IMG/VR virus record: IMGVR_UViG_3300009435_000045
Span: 1 to 26,532 of that record
Source of the DNA: a virus
Lineage: Duplodnaviria > Caudoviricetes
Reading direction: 5' to 3' (one strand)
Length of the DNA stretch: 26,532 bases
Shown here in pieces: positions 8,976 to 19,250 of this stretch. Each line of letters begins with the position of its first letter. Positions within the stretch are counted from its first letter, which is position 1. The notes under the pieces were generated by a model that saw only the letters and a list, made by a program, of their open reading frames with translations, was not told the DNA's origin and ran no database searches. A program made the translations under genes and the position numbers.

Positions 8976-8991
8976 AAATAGGAAATAAGAA

Positions 8992-10341
8992 ATGTCAGCA
9001 GTAATTACAGACGAACTTAAAAGAAAGGTATTGGGGAGAATCCTAGCTGAAGTTAACGGCGACGTGGGCGCTGACTCCGATTCCTATTTTATAGGTATAG
9101 GTAAATCTGAGCCATGGAATGATTCTGATATACCTGATACCGCCTACAATCATGGCACCTACGGGTACGACGAAAGACAATTTCGTTACGGTCTACAATC
9201 GGTCAAAAAGGTTGTTGATGCATCGTTTATTGTACCACGTGTCAATTGGGCCTCAGGTACAATTTACCAAGCTTATTCAGATAAATCTGAAGGTCATCCA
9301 ACTACACCTTTTTATGCATTATCTGATGCTAACAATGTTTATGTTTGTGTCGAAAGAGCTAGAAATGCCGACGGATCTTTAAAGACCTCGACAATCGCTC
9401 CTACTGGGCAATCAACATCAGTGCTATCTACTGCGGACGGGTACAGATGGCAATTTCTTTATACTATTCCTACTAGTAGATCGATCAAATTCCTATCATC
9501 AAATTATATGCCTGTGGCCCTTGTGGATTCAGATGATGCAGTTGCTTCAGTTCCGGATGCTATTCAAAAATCAATTCAAGACGCAGCAGTTCCGGGTCAG
9601 GTTCTTAATTGCCAAATCACAGCTGGCGGAACAGGATATACCTCTGCCCCAACTGTGGTATTTGCTGGCAATGGCACGGGCGCGGCCGCAACAGCCACTG
9701 TCACAGCAGGTGTGGTCACAAGAATAGTAATGACGAACCGCGGTTCAGGTTATACGAACTGTCAGGTTACCCTTACCGGTGGTGGTGGTTCTGGCGCGAC
9801 CCTGCGCCCTGTCATCGCGAATAAAGGTGGTCTAGGTTCTAATCCTCTCATGGACCTCAAATCTAAGGCGCTTATGTTTAATATTAAGGCTGACGGGTTG
9901 GAAAATGACGATTTCATAGTGGATAATGAATTTAGACAGATGGGGCTATTAAATAATATCTTAAACCCTGCCGGAGATCGATTCGAAGGTTCAACAGCAC
10001 TGGCTCTTAAGAAATTAATATTAAGTTCCCCATCTGAGGCATCAACTTTCTCACTTGATCAAGAAATTACAGGTTCGGTATCAGGCACAAAAGCTCTTAT
10101 CGATTACATTGATTCTGATATCCTTTTTTATCATCAGACCCCAACAACAGGCTTTGGCGCTTTTGATTCGGATATTGCTTCTACAATTACAGCGTCGGGC
10201 GCTAGCGGCACCTTGTCAAGTATTATAGATAGTGCTGATATAGATAATCTTTCCGGCTCTCTTCTGTACCTTGAAAATAGAGCGGCAGTGGAAAGATCAC
10301 TTAATCAAACTGAAGATATCAAAATTATCATCCAAATTTAA
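8992..10341 (+). CDS. gp8: Baseplate wedge subunit gp8
   Basis: MSAVITD, YFIGIGKSEPW, IVPRVNWASGTIY, NVYVCV, TADGYRWQFLYTI, FRQMGLL, SGSLLYLENRAAVERSLNQTEDIKIIIQI are hallmark gp8 motifs of non-enteric T4-like phages, with internal GGTGYTSAPTV repeats. Confidence 0.92.
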   Translation: MSAVITDELKRKVLGRILAEVNGDVGADSDSYFIGIGKSEPWNDSDIPDTAYNHGTYGYDERQFRYGLQSVKKVVDASFIVPRVNWASGTIYQAYSDKSEGHPTTPFYALSDANNVYVCVERARNADGSLKTSTIAPTGQSTSVLSTADGYRWQFLYTIPTSRSIKFLSSNYMPVALVDSDDAVASVPDAIQKSIQDAAVPGQVLNCQITAGGTGYTSAPTVVFAGNGTGAAATATVTAGVVTRIVMTNRGSGYTNCQVTLTGGGGSGATLRPVIANKGGLGSNPLMDLKSKALMFNIKADGLENDDFIVDNEFRQMGLLNNILNPAGDRFEGSTALALKKLILSSPSEASTFSLDQEITGSVSGTKALIDYIDSDILFYHQTPTTGFGAFDSDIASTITASGASGTLSSIIDSADIDNLSGSLLYLENRAAVERSLNQTEDIKIIIQI

Positions 10342-10352
10342 GGCTAAGAAGT

Positions 10353-13300
10353 ATGACTTCACAAGTAATTCTGAACACATTTGCAAATGACTATAAAGAC
10401 GATTATCGTGATAGTGATGATTTTGCTCGTATCCTATTTAATCCTAGACGGGCGGTTCAAGCTCGTGAGCTTACTCAGCTGCAAACAATCGTTCAAGCAC
10501 AATTACGTAGATTCGGTGATAACATCTTTAAAGATGGTGCTGCCGTTAATCCTTCTACCAACGTTAGTGTTAATCCCGTATATCCATTCGTAAAACTGAT
10601 AGAAACTGATATCTCTGGTGCAGATCTAGATACCGAATTCACCGGTGACACCTCCGGCGTCAGCGCGAAATTGACTGAAAAGGTTGATGCTGTAGATTCC
10701 GATCCTGCCACATTTTACATTAGATATACCCAAGGTTCGTCTACACTCACAACAGGAACTAAGTTCGCCCCAGGCGAAACCATTTCAAATGGTGTGGTAT
10801 CGTATACTGTTCAAACTACTAATACGACTGAAAACCCTGCTATCGGAAACGGTTCAAGAGTAGCAGTTAGCCAAGGTGAATTTTACACTCAGGGATTCTT
10901 TACCCGCGCCGGCGCGCAGTCGATTATTCTTTCGAAATACACTTCTAATCCAACAGCTAATATCGGTTTTACTGTTTCTGAAGAGATCGTCACAGCGGCA
11001 GATGATGAAAGACTCTATGATAATCAGGGGGACGTTCCCAACTTAACAGCGCCAGGCGCTGACAGATATAGAGTTCGACTGGTCCTAATTGACGAGGCTG
11101 ACAAAGACTCTGATCAAACGTTCGTCTATGTTGCAAGAGTTGAAAATGGCACGGTTGTTGAGATTAATAACGGACGAGATGACTATAATAAAATCCTTGA
11201 TCTTATAGCAGAAAGAACTGCAGAGGAATCAGGCGATTATACCGTAAGACCCTTCATTGCAAACTTTAAAGAAGATTCTGCTGATACCCACTTGCTTCTT
11301 GATATCAATTCATCTGTAGGATATGTAGACGGCTATAGACAAGAATCTTGGCCAACACAGATCCGTATTCCCAAACCTACAGATACCACTACACTTAACA
11401 ATGAAACGGTTGCTGCCAATTTTGGTAACTATGTAATTTGTAGCTCGATCTTAGGCATTCCTGATGTTAGTGAATATGAGCTGGTCAACATTTACGATGC
11501 CCCTACTTCAGGTAATATCATTGGTACATGTCGCGTTAGATCTCTAGAGGAGGCTACCGGTAGCGTATATAAATTATACATTTTCCAGGTTAAGATGCAT
11601 ACTGGTAAATCGTTCAGGAATGCTAGAGCATTAGGTACGAGCGCAACAGAAAATGCTATCATCCAACTGGAAAATGGTAATGCCGTCGTTAAAGAACAGA
11701 AGAATAACAATCTTTTCTTCGATCTACCTCGCTGGAGACCTTATTCAATTAGCGCTGTCGATTATACCTATACAGTTCTTAGACACGCAACACATACCGC
11801 ATCCACAAATACCGTTACATTGGGCTTCGATCATTCAGGTGAATCGTTTGCAAGAACTAGCGAATGGCTATTTACACAAACGTCTGATGGATCCTTAATT
11901 GTGCCTACGTCAATTGATACCGGTACAGGTCTTGTGACATTCACTTCTGCTACAGGTTCAATCGACTGTTTATACCTAATTCAAAAGGGTGGTGCAAGTG
12001 CCCCTACCCCTTATAAAACTAAAAATCTAGTAGAAACAACTGTTGCTACAACGGTTACTGTTGATTCAGATGGTACATATGTCAACTTAAGCAAGCCAGA
12101 TATCTTATCAGTATCGCGCGTACGCGCAACAGATTCTGATGGCGCAAACCTTATCAATAAATTCTATCTTGATAACGGTCAAAGAGATAACTATTATGAT
12201 ATGGGTCGGATGGTTCTAGCTCCTGGACAAGCTAATCCGGGCGGAACAGTCTTTGTAAGATTTAAGCACTTTCAACATACAGGTGTAGGTGACTTCTTCT
12301 GCATCAGTTCGTATGATATACCTACTGATATCACATATGCAGATGTACCATTATATAGACAGACCAATGGCGAGACGGTACCCCTTCGCGATGTTCTAGA
12401 TTTTAGACCTACTATCAACGAAGAAAGAACCTCGTTCACTACGGGCACTAATCCACTATTTTCAGAACTACCTTTAAACACAGATCTGATCACTGTCGAT
12501 CCTACTTATTATATGCCTAGGAAAGATGCACTTCTTCTTGATGCTAATACAGGTATTAGATATAGAACAGGTACCTCAGGACTAGACCCCCAACTACCAA
12601 TTACTGCATCCAATACGATGCAACTATATAACTTCGAGCTAAATCCTAACACACTTAACAAATCGGATCTATCAGCTCAGTATATCGACAATCGTGGTTA
12701 CACAATGAGAGATATCGGTAAGCTTCATAAAGAGATTAATAATGTTAAGCAATTAGCTACATTGTCCCTATTAGATATGCAAGCTACTTCTCTAGAGGTT
12801 CTTGATTCTGACGGATTAACACGAACAAAAGCAGGATTCCTTACTGATGATTTCCGTGATCACCGAGCAGCAATGGTCGATGACTTAGAATATCGTGCAT
12901 CTATCGATCCGACAGCAGGTATTATGCGTCCTGCCTTTAGAGAAAAGAACATTCCTCTTGCGTTTGACTCAGCTGCTATTTCAGGAGTATCAAGCTCAAC
13001 TAGCTCTAACTGTATTCTAAAAGCCGATAACCTTATGCTCGATTATACTCACGAGCTTTATATAACTCAGCCGCACGCATCAACTACAGAAAATGTTAAC
13101 CCTTATATTATGACATTCTATAGGGGCGTTATTGTTCTATCACCGAATTCAGATGAGTCAAGAGATACTGTCGAATTCTCGGTTCGTGTCGATCAAAGAT
13201 CAGAAGTTGATATCGAAACATTCCTAAACCGTACCCTTGGCGAAGAAGATACAAGATCTATTATGAATACTGTTGAAAGCGATCCGCAATTTGGTGGTAG

Positions 13301-15755
13301 AAACGCTTTCATTCGCCATAAGATCTCATTGGCCGCTGCTTCAAATTTCACATCATCAGGTACACTCGAGGAAGCAGTCCAGGCACTTCCGCCTGCTACT
13401 AATCAAATTCTTGCTCAAGTCTTTGATACTATTAGTCCTGTCTGGAGAGAATTTGCATGGGGCTGGAGCGGTGTACCTAGGAACGCTAATAACTCAGCCG
13501 GAACTGTGGATGGTGGCATTAGTACTACCGATGGCGGCACATTTGGCAGATTTGCTTCTAGATTATTCATACCTAGGGTTAGATCAAGAGAAGTTCGCTT
13601 TAGAGCAGTAGGTCTTATGCCTAATGCTAGGCATTGGCCATTCTTTGATGGCGTAGATGTTAGTGATTATTGTGTCCAAGGTCAAGGTGTCGGTAATGGC
13701 GGTAGTGACTTCGTCGATGCAGGTGAAACTGATCAATGGAGCTATTCTCGTAGAAGAAACAATTGGGTCTGGACGGGACAAACCGCTCCATCAGGTTCAA
13801 CTGAGCCGTTTCCTATGGGCGCAATGAACGGAATTTACTGGCACCCATTCTGGGGTGATACTACACCTACCGATTCTCAAAGAGCATTGGTCGCTGGTTC
13901 AAATGGTGATCTAAATGGATCGATTTTCCTACCTAATAATGATCAATTATCATTCTTAAGTGGGGTTAAAGAATTCAAGCTTATTGATAATACTACTGGT
14001 AACGTAGGTCAAGCGGGTTCGTGGGCAGCAGCTGATTATACTGCTGATGCTTTAGTGGATGTTACCATTACTAAAATTATGCCACCTAGACCGAAAAAAC
14101 CAAAAACATGGACTGATAATATTGGGACGGCGCAGGTCAATCAACCTGGTGAAGGTTCAAATAACATGGGGGGAGGTAACACTGGTGATACTAGTGGCTT
14201 CGCCGGCGGCCAATGTGGACTAGATCCATTGGCCCAATCATTCTTCATCAATAATGCTGATGGTGCCTTTGTAACAAAAGTGGGGGTATACTTTAAGACA
14301 AAAGACAGCGATCTTAATATAGTCGCAGCATATCTATGCCCAATGGTGAACGGTTATCCTCAAGAAAACGGTTTCTATAAAGGTGCCTTTAAAGCCCTAA
14401 CCCCTTCTCAGGTTAATATATCAGATGATGCAACAGCAGTAACAACATTCGAATTCGATAGCCCGGTATATCTACCCGCCGGCGAACACTGCCTGATTGT
14501 TAGATCTGTATCTGTTGAATATAGGGTCTTCATTGCTAAAATCGGTGAGCATTACGTAGGTCAAACAGAGACGAAAATTACCAAACAACCTTCTCTAGGC
14601 TCATTATTTAGATCCCAGAACGCATCAACGTGGACTGCCGGTCAGTTCGAAGATATGAAATTCGATCTATATCGTGCAGACTTTGCCACATCAGGCGTAG
14701 CAATCCTATCTAATACGCTTCTGGAAGAAAAGGTCCTAGTACCTAATCCGTTCTTATTCGATTCTGCATCAACAACAGTTAGGGTTATTCATCCTAACCA
14801 CGGAATGTATGTCGATGATGTGATTCAATTCTCAGGAATTGACTCTGATGCATCTTGGCCAATGACTACTAATTCTATCGTGGGTAACAGAACAATTACT
14901 GCAATAGATGGATCGGGTTATACCTTTGAAGCAGATTCTGCAGCGTCATCATCATTAAGAACTGGTGGTTATAATGTAACAGCACCAGACAACATTCTAA
15001 TGGACACGATCTATCCACAAATTGATGTTATGTCACCAAATGGTACAGCCGTCGATTTATCAGGTCGATTCGTCACAGGTAAATCCTTCGCGGGCGCAGA
15101 AGCCCCTTATGGATTAGAGTCAACTTACGGTCATAATCTGACTCCATATGATGCATATAACTTTACTAATCCTAGAATGATTATGTCTTCACATTTTGAA
15201 GAAGACGGTTCATTCCCTAACAGGTCAGCATTAATTCAAGCTAATTTGGAAACAATATCATCATTCGTTTCACCGGTGCTTGATATGTCTCGCGCATCTA
15301 TCACGGCTATTAATAACCTGATCGATAAGCAGGACTCAGCTGCTACCGTAGGCTACAATGTCCCTATTAGCATAATTCAAGAAACCGATCCGATCGGTGG
15401 TACGCATCTTGCTAAATATGTAACGAAGCCCGTTACTCTAGAAGAAGATGCTGTAGGCCTAAGAATTATCTTTGCAGCCAACCGTCCAAGCGTATCCGAC
15501 TTCCTGGTCTATTATAAAGTAGCACAGAACGACGATAATCTCAATGAAGTCGCATGGCAATTGGTTGAAAAGGAAGCTGATGTCAAGAGTGATGAAAATC
15601 CTAATGTCTTTAGAGATTACAGATATCTCATTGGTGGTTTATCAGGAATTGATGAGCCGTTTAGCACCTTCCGAGTGAAGATTGTAATGAGATCAACCAA
15701 CAGTTCAAAGGTCCCCGTCTTCAGAGACTTTAGAGCTATAGCATTGACGGTGTAA
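10353..15755 (+). CDS. Large virion structural protein, VrlC/DUF4815-like
   Basis: 1800 aa. YKDDY...RILFNPRRAVQARELTQLQT, APGADRY, AERTAEESGDY, FYLDNGQRDNYYD, YTMRDIGKL, KAGFLTDDF, ENVNPY, DPLAQSF, GSLFRSQNASTW..Q.EDMKF, FRVKIVM...VPVFRDFRAIAL. Follows gp8 as in cyanophage-like myoviruses. Confidence 0.85.
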   Translation: MTSQVILNTFANDYKDDYRDSDDFARILFNPRRAVQARELTQLQTIVQAQLRRFGDNIFKDGAAVNPSTNVSVNPVYPFVKLIETDISGADLDTEFTGDTSGVSAKLTEKVDAVDSDPATFYIRYTQGSSTLTTGTKFAPGETISNGVVSYTVQTTNTTENPAIGNGSRVAVSQGEFYTQGFFTRAGAQSIILSKYTSNPTANIGFTVSEEIVTAADDERLYDNQGDVPNLTAPGADRYRVRLVLIDEADKDSDQTFVYVARVENGTVVEINNGRDDYNKILDLIAERTAEESGDYTVRPFIANFKEDSADTHLLLDINSSVGYVDGYRQESWPTQIRIPKPTDTTTLNNETVAANFGNYVICSSILGIPDVSEYELVNIYDAPTSGNIIGTCRVRSLEEATGSVYKLYIFQVKMHTGKSFRNARALGTSATENAIIQLENGNAVVKEQKNNNLFFDLPRWRPYSISAVDYTYTVLRHATHTASTNTVTLGFDHSGESFARTSEWLFTQTSDGSLIVPTSIDTGTGLVTFTSATGSIDCLYLIQKGGASAPTPYKTKNLVETTVATTVTVDSDGTYVNLSKPDILSVSRVRATDSDGANLINKFYLDNGQRDNYYDMGRMVLAPGQANPGGTVFVRFKHFQHTGVGDFFCISSYDIPTDITYADVPLYRQTNGETVPLRDVLDFRPTINEERTSFTTGTNPLFSELPLNTDLITVDPTYYMPRKDALLLDANTGIRYRTGTSGLDPQLPITASNTMQLYNFELNPNTLNKSDLSAQYIDNRGYTMRDIGKLHKEINNVKQLATLSLLDMQATSLEVLDSDGLTRTKAGFLTDDFRDHRAAMVDDLEYRASIDPTAGIMRPAFREKNIPLAFDSAAISGVSSSTSSNCILKADNLMLDYTHELYITQPHASTTENVNPYIMTFYRGVIVLSPNSDESRDTVEFSVRVDQRSEVDIETFLNRTLGEEDTRSIMNTVESDPQFGGRNAFIRHKISLAAASNFTSSGTLEEAVQALPPATNQILAQVFDTISPVWREFAWGWSGVPRNANNSAGTVDGGISTTDGGTFGRFASRLFIPRVRSREVRFRAVGLMPNARHWPFFDGVDVSDYCVQGQGVGNGGSDFVDAGETDQWSYSRRRNNWVWTGQTAPSGSTEPFPMGAMNGIYWHPFWGDTTPTDSQRALVAGSNGDLNGSIFLPNNDQLSFLSGVKEFKLIDNTTGNVGQAGSWAAADYTADALVDVTITKIMPPRPKKPKTWTDNIGTAQVNQPGEGSNNMGGGNTGDTSGFAGGQCGLDPLAQSFFINNADGAFVTKVGVYFKTKDSDLNIVAAYLCPMVNGYPQENGFYKGAFKALTPSQVNISDDATAVTTFEFDSPVYLPAGEHCLIVRSVSVEYRVFIAKIGEHYVGQTETKITKQPSLGSLFRSQNASTWTAGQFEDMKFDLYRADFATSGVAILSNTLLEEKVLVPNPFLFDSASTTVRVIHPNHGMYVDDVIQFSGIDSDASWPMTTNSIVGNRTITAIDGSGYTFEADSAASSSLRTGGYNVTAPDNILMDTIYPQIDVMSPNGTAVDLSGRFVTGKSFAGAEAPYGLESTYGHNLTPYDAYNFTNPRMIMSSHFEEDGSFPNRSALIQANLETISSFVSPVLDMSRASITAINNLIDKQDSAATVGYNVPISIIQETDPIGGTHLAKYVTKPVTLEEDAVGLRIIFAANRPSVSDFLVYYKVAQNDDNLNEVAWQLVEKEADVKSDENPNVFRDYRYLIGGLSGIDEPFSTFRVKIVMRSTNSSKVPVFRDFRAIALTV

Positions 15756-15756
15756 A

Positions 15757-15960
15757 ATGATCCCTGTTAAAAATCAACCTGATCTAGTCAAAGATCCTAG
15801 ATCAGGTGCAGTAATCAACATAAATAAACGTGAGATGGAGCTTGCTCGTCATCGCAAAAAAGTTCGAGCTAACGAAAAAGAGCGTGTGAATAAGATTGAA
15901 AGTGAACTTATAGAGATAAAGAATCTGCTCGAGAAACTTATAGGAAAAACAGATGGCTAA
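15757..15960 (+). CDS. Small conserved T4-like phage protein (coiled-coil C-terminus)
   Basis: IPVKNQPDLVKDPRSGAVIN...IESELIEIKNLLEKL; the type of small gene that usually follows the VrlC-like gene. Tightly packed with neighbours. Confidence 0.7.
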   Translation: MIPVKNQPDLVKDPRSGAVININKREMELARHRKKVRANEKERVNKIESELIEIKNLLEKLIGKTDG

Positions 15961-16435
15961 AGTTACACTTGGGGTCGATACCACAAGCACATTTATAACT
16001 AAATTCAATGCATTGGATTCTGATTTCAGAGGCCAGGGTCTAACGCGTGAAAGTATTTCTGTTAATGATATTAGCGGATATGGGTCATTAACCTATACCT
16101 CTTCAACAGGTGTGATTGCTTATACGGGCCCAAGCGATTCAGATATAAGAGGTACTTTCTCAGCCGGAACAGGTATCACTATCGATTCCTCTGGTGAAAT
16201 TGCTGCTAGTGTTACTGTTGTAGACGCATCAATCTCCGTAAAGGGTATTGCACAATTCGATTCCGCAGATTTTAGTGTAACATCTGGCTTCGTATCCATT
16301 ACACCTAAAACAATTCAAACTACCGATATTGCTGCTGACGCCGTCACACGGGCTAAATTAGCAGATGAAGTTGAATTTATAATTTACAATTCCTCTGGAA
16401 CCCCAGTGAAAACATTATATGGCGCAGGTTCATAA
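15953..16435 (+). CDS. Short fibre-like virion protein
   Basis: 160 aa, S/T/G-rich. GSLTYTSSTGVIAYTGPS, FSAGTGITI, and tail-fibre repeat DASISVKGIAQF. C-terminus shared with the 706-aa protein. Confidence 0.65.
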   Translation: MAKVTLGVDTTSTFITKFNALDSDFRGQGLTRESISVNDISGYGSLTYTSSTGVIAYTGPSDSDIRGTFSAGTGITIDSSGEIAASVTVVDASISVKGIAQFDSADFSVTSGFVSITPKTIQTTDIAADAVTRAKLADEVEFIIYNSSGTPVKTLYGAGS

Positions 16436-16438
16436 TAT

Positions 16439-17383
16439 ATGACAGCAAGAACTCCCCTTAAATTAGACGGCGACGGTAACCTGGTGGAAATGACACCTGG
16501 TGAGATTACCCGTATCAAAAGACATGCTAAATATCTTTGGGGCACAAACCCGGTTATAACATTATCACAAGTTGCAAGTGGTGGTGATTTAACCACTATC
16601 TCTGATACTAGATATCAAGCCGGCGATTGGGAATTCAGCGTTTCAGCTTATCCATCAGAAGCAACAACAGCCGAACCTAGTGTGGTAACTGTCAATTATG
16701 ATAAAATTCTTTCTGCTATAGACTCAGCCGGTGCTACACCAATAGTTCCTGATACGAATAATGTGGCATTTCCGGTCTATCTCGATGGTTCTAATCATAT
16801 AAATGCTATGACAGATTCTGATTTCTATGATACCTTTATCGTTGACAGTATTGCAGAAATTGTGACTGATGGTGATAATGCCCCAGGTGTTTATACTATT
16901 CATACTGCTACTTCTTTGACTGGTTATACTCTGGTTAGTGCAACCCCGATTTATACAGACACGCGCGCGGACACTACCGCTTATACGGCCGCAGAAATTC
17001 CTGAAGCAAATGATCAGCCGGTAACAATTACCAACTATTACCTATTGCAAAAAGATGCTGATTCTGACGAGAATATACCTCTACCAGTATATGTAAGAAA
17101 TGCAGATAAAGATCTTCAACAATATGATAGTGCATCCTTTGATGCAATGCTAGAAGACACTATGAGATATGTATCACGAAATATCGTCGGGAGCAAACTA
17201 TCATACAATATTGATGGTTCTGGAACCGTCTTAGGTTCAGGTATGGCAAACACCGTGCTCACGGGCGTTACGGGTGATTATCAAACACGATTCGTTAACT
17301 CTAATGATTACCGCGCACAAGAATTCCCGAATGGTACACCTACCACATCGGCTACACATTATCTAAGAATAGAAAAGGTTTAA
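16439..17383 (+). CDS. Putative virion structural protein
   Basis: 314-aa T/D/S-rich ORF in the late cluster, with internal repeats (PLKLDGDGNLVEM / PVYLDGSNHINAM / PVYVRNADKDLQQY). Confidence 0.6.
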   Translation: MTARTPLKLDGDGNLVEMTPGEITRIKRHAKYLWGTNPVITLSQVASGGDLTTISDTRYQAGDWEFSVSAYPSEATTAEPSVVTVNYDKILSAIDSAGATPIVPDTNNVAFPVYLDGSNHINAMTDSDFYDTFIVDSIAEIVTDGDNAPGVYTIHTATSLTGYTLVSATPIYTDTRADTTAYTAAEIPEANDQPVTITNYYLLQKDADSDENIPLPVYVRNADKDLQQYDSASFDAMLEDTMRYVSRNIVGSKLSYNIDGSGTVLGSGMANTVLTGVTGDYQTRFVNSNDYRAQEFPNGTPTTSATHYLRIEKV

Positions 17384-17385
17384 TC

Positions 17386-17901
17386 ATGAAATATGTCACA
17401 TCAAGATTCATTGACGAAGAGAGAGAAAATATTGAAGTTCTCTGGGAGCGAGAAGATGGCGGCTTTATCACCACTATTGTTCCTGCTGATGAAACGGCCC
17501 GATCATATAAAGAATTAATGAAGCACGCTGACCTAGACACCATTCATGATAATACCTGGGACTGGATTAATGATCAGAAGAAGCTTATTGATAATGAGCT
17601 TCACCGCATTGGCCGCGAAAGAGGGGTTATTTTTGATGCCCCCGGAGGGATGTCTAGTGAAGCATTTAAGATACTTCTTAAGGGGTTATTTGCTGACTTT
17701 GATGCAGTCAAGAATAAAGAAGAATTATTCCTTCTAAAGTTAGAAATATTCGAGCTCGATTTCATTCAAGAATTTAAGGGCAGGAAACTAAAAGCCCGAC
17801 TGCGCAAGGCCGAAACCGTTATTGATGCCATTAAGACGGCAATAGAAATTTATGAAACCACGCGTGAGGCTGGTCTAGCATCTCCTGATACCTCTGATTA
17901 A
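17386..17901 (+). CDS. Hypothetical protein (charged, helical; possibly non-structural/chaperone)
   Basis: 171-aa ORF, E/K-rich unlike the flanking S/T-rich structural proteins. Its 3' end overlaps the convergent glycosyltransferase gene. Confidence 0.6.
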   Translation: MKYVTSRFIDEERENIEVLWEREDGGFITTIVPADETARSYKELMKHADLDTIHDNTWDWINDQKKLIDNELHRIGRERGVIFDAPGGMSSEAFKILLKGLFADFDAVKNKEELFLLKLEIFELDFIQEFKGRKLKARLRKAETVIDAIKTAIEIYETTREAGLASPDTSD

Positions 17902-18439
17902 ATAGGTAAATTGGGTATTTTACGTATTCTTCAGGAACGTAGCGATATGAGACTATCCGGTCATCTTCACCATAAGTGCTATATTGATAGTTAAAATTCT
18001 TGAATAAGAATTCGTCCATACCTGCTTGGCCGTCCGGCGCATCAGGGTATTTACAGCGATATTTTAACTGATAATATTCAGGATCTTCTTTAAACAGATC
18101 ACTAATATCAGATCTATCCCCTTCCCAACTAATCACATCCGAACAGATTGGCGTATGAAACGGCTTACGCCAGTACGCGTGACAAACGTGTAGATCCTTT
18201 CTAAGAAGGTGATTTAGATCCCCCTTAATGACAACATCCAGATCAAAAAATATATTCTGTCCGTCTCGGAACTTATCAAAGATCTGAAACTTGTTAAACA
18301 CACCAACATATTCCTCCTCCGTGATAACCTCAAATGTAGGGTTATCGAAGTTTGCATAGGTTTTTACCATGTGAATAAGATTGTCAGTATACCATTGGCT
18401 GAATTTAGTTCCGGTATTGACTATAATGACTCTAACCAT
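17831..18439 (-). CDS. Glycosyltransferase (GT-A fold, DxD)
   Basis: TGTKFSQWYTDNLIHMV...FNKFQIF...NIFFDLDVVIKGDLNHL...SDVISWEGD matches a common phage GT family (G.KY...YV..L..MV / W.K..LF / DLDVVI / NSSVM.W). Confidence 0.75.
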   Translation of the reverse strand: MVRVIIVNTGTKFSQWYTDNLIHMVKTYANFDNPTFEVITEEEYVGVFNKFQIFDKFRDGQNIFFDLDVVIKGDLNHLLRKDLHVCHAYWRKPFHTPICSDVISWEGDRSDISDLFKEDPEYYQLKYRCKYPDAPDGQAGMDEFLFKNFNYQYSTYGEDDRIVSYRYVPEEYVKYPIYLFNQRYQEMLDQPHAWFHKFLLPS

Positions 18440-19250
18440 TTAATTCCCCAAAGGATTTCTCGAATTCTTTGTCAATATAATGCATAATGAACGCTTTGCG
18501 TTTTTGGACAGTTGGTTCGTTCCACGCGAAGCTCTTAGCCTCTATATAATTCCAAGCCATACTGTGTGCATTATAGCCTAAATCTTCTAGAAGATAGGTC
18601 ATATAGACCTCATTGTTAGGAACGAACTTTGAAGAAATCTCTATAGGATATATAGATTCCTCTTTTGAAGATTCTAGTAATTCGTTCATCTTATCGAAAT
18701 TCTCAGACCATTCTAACTTCTTTATTGCCTCGCTCCCGCCCGTCATGACCCCAGTGTTGAATACCATAGGCTCACCTCTGCCCTTATTTTCTAATATCCT
18801 CATAGAACTTTTAGCTGCTATTTTAATAAAAACGTTCATATAATCGAATCCGTCATACTCTAAAGCCGTGGTCATTTCTAAGGGGGTATAAGGTCTATAG
18901 AGGGGGTAGACGCCCATTTTATCCATAGGTATAGATTCGAATATATTAGGTATATTCTTGTTGGGTATCGCATCGAAGTCTAAATATACAACCTCATCAA
19001 ATTCCTTTGCGAATAGCTCGAAACATCGTATTTTTTCAAATTGCACTTCGTTGTAAGTGATATCATAATCTAGATCCATTCCCGGTTCGCATAGGCGGTA
19101 ATCCGCACCACAAAAAGCCGCATATTCCCTATGTCTATCATGAATTAGATCGTGATATTTTGTAAATTGTTCTCTTTTATGTTCATTAGTACTTGGGTGA
19201 TCTTCATCCATACAGGGCGTGTATACGCTATATATCAGTCTTTTTGGCAT
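18432..19250 (-). CDS. Glycosyltransferase (GT-A fold, GT8/GT34/GT77-like)
   Basis: YAAFCGADY...EKIRCFE...FDEVVYLDFDAIP...FNTGVMTG...NNEVYMTY...WNY...IMHYIDKEF: DxD, NTG, xE and C-terminal His motifs. Confidence 0.8.
   Translation of the reverse strand: MPKRLIYSVYTPCMDEDHPSTNEHKREQFTKYHDLIHDRHREYAAFCGADYRLCEPGMDLDYDITYNEVQFEKIRCFELFAKEFDEVVYLDFDAIPNKNIPNIFESIPMDKMGVYPLYRPYTPLEMTTALEYDGFDYMNVFIKIAAKSSMRILENKGRGEPMVFNTGVMTGGSEAIKKLEWSENFDKMNELLESSKEESIYPIEISSKFVPNNEVYMTYLLEDLGYNAHSMAWNYIEAKSFAWNEPTVQKRKAFIMHYIDKEFEKSFGELNG

Noticed and set aside
8971-8980. TATAAAAATA before gp8 as a late promoter
   Set aside because: It does not match TATAAATA, overlaps a stop codon and lies too close to the RBS to support.
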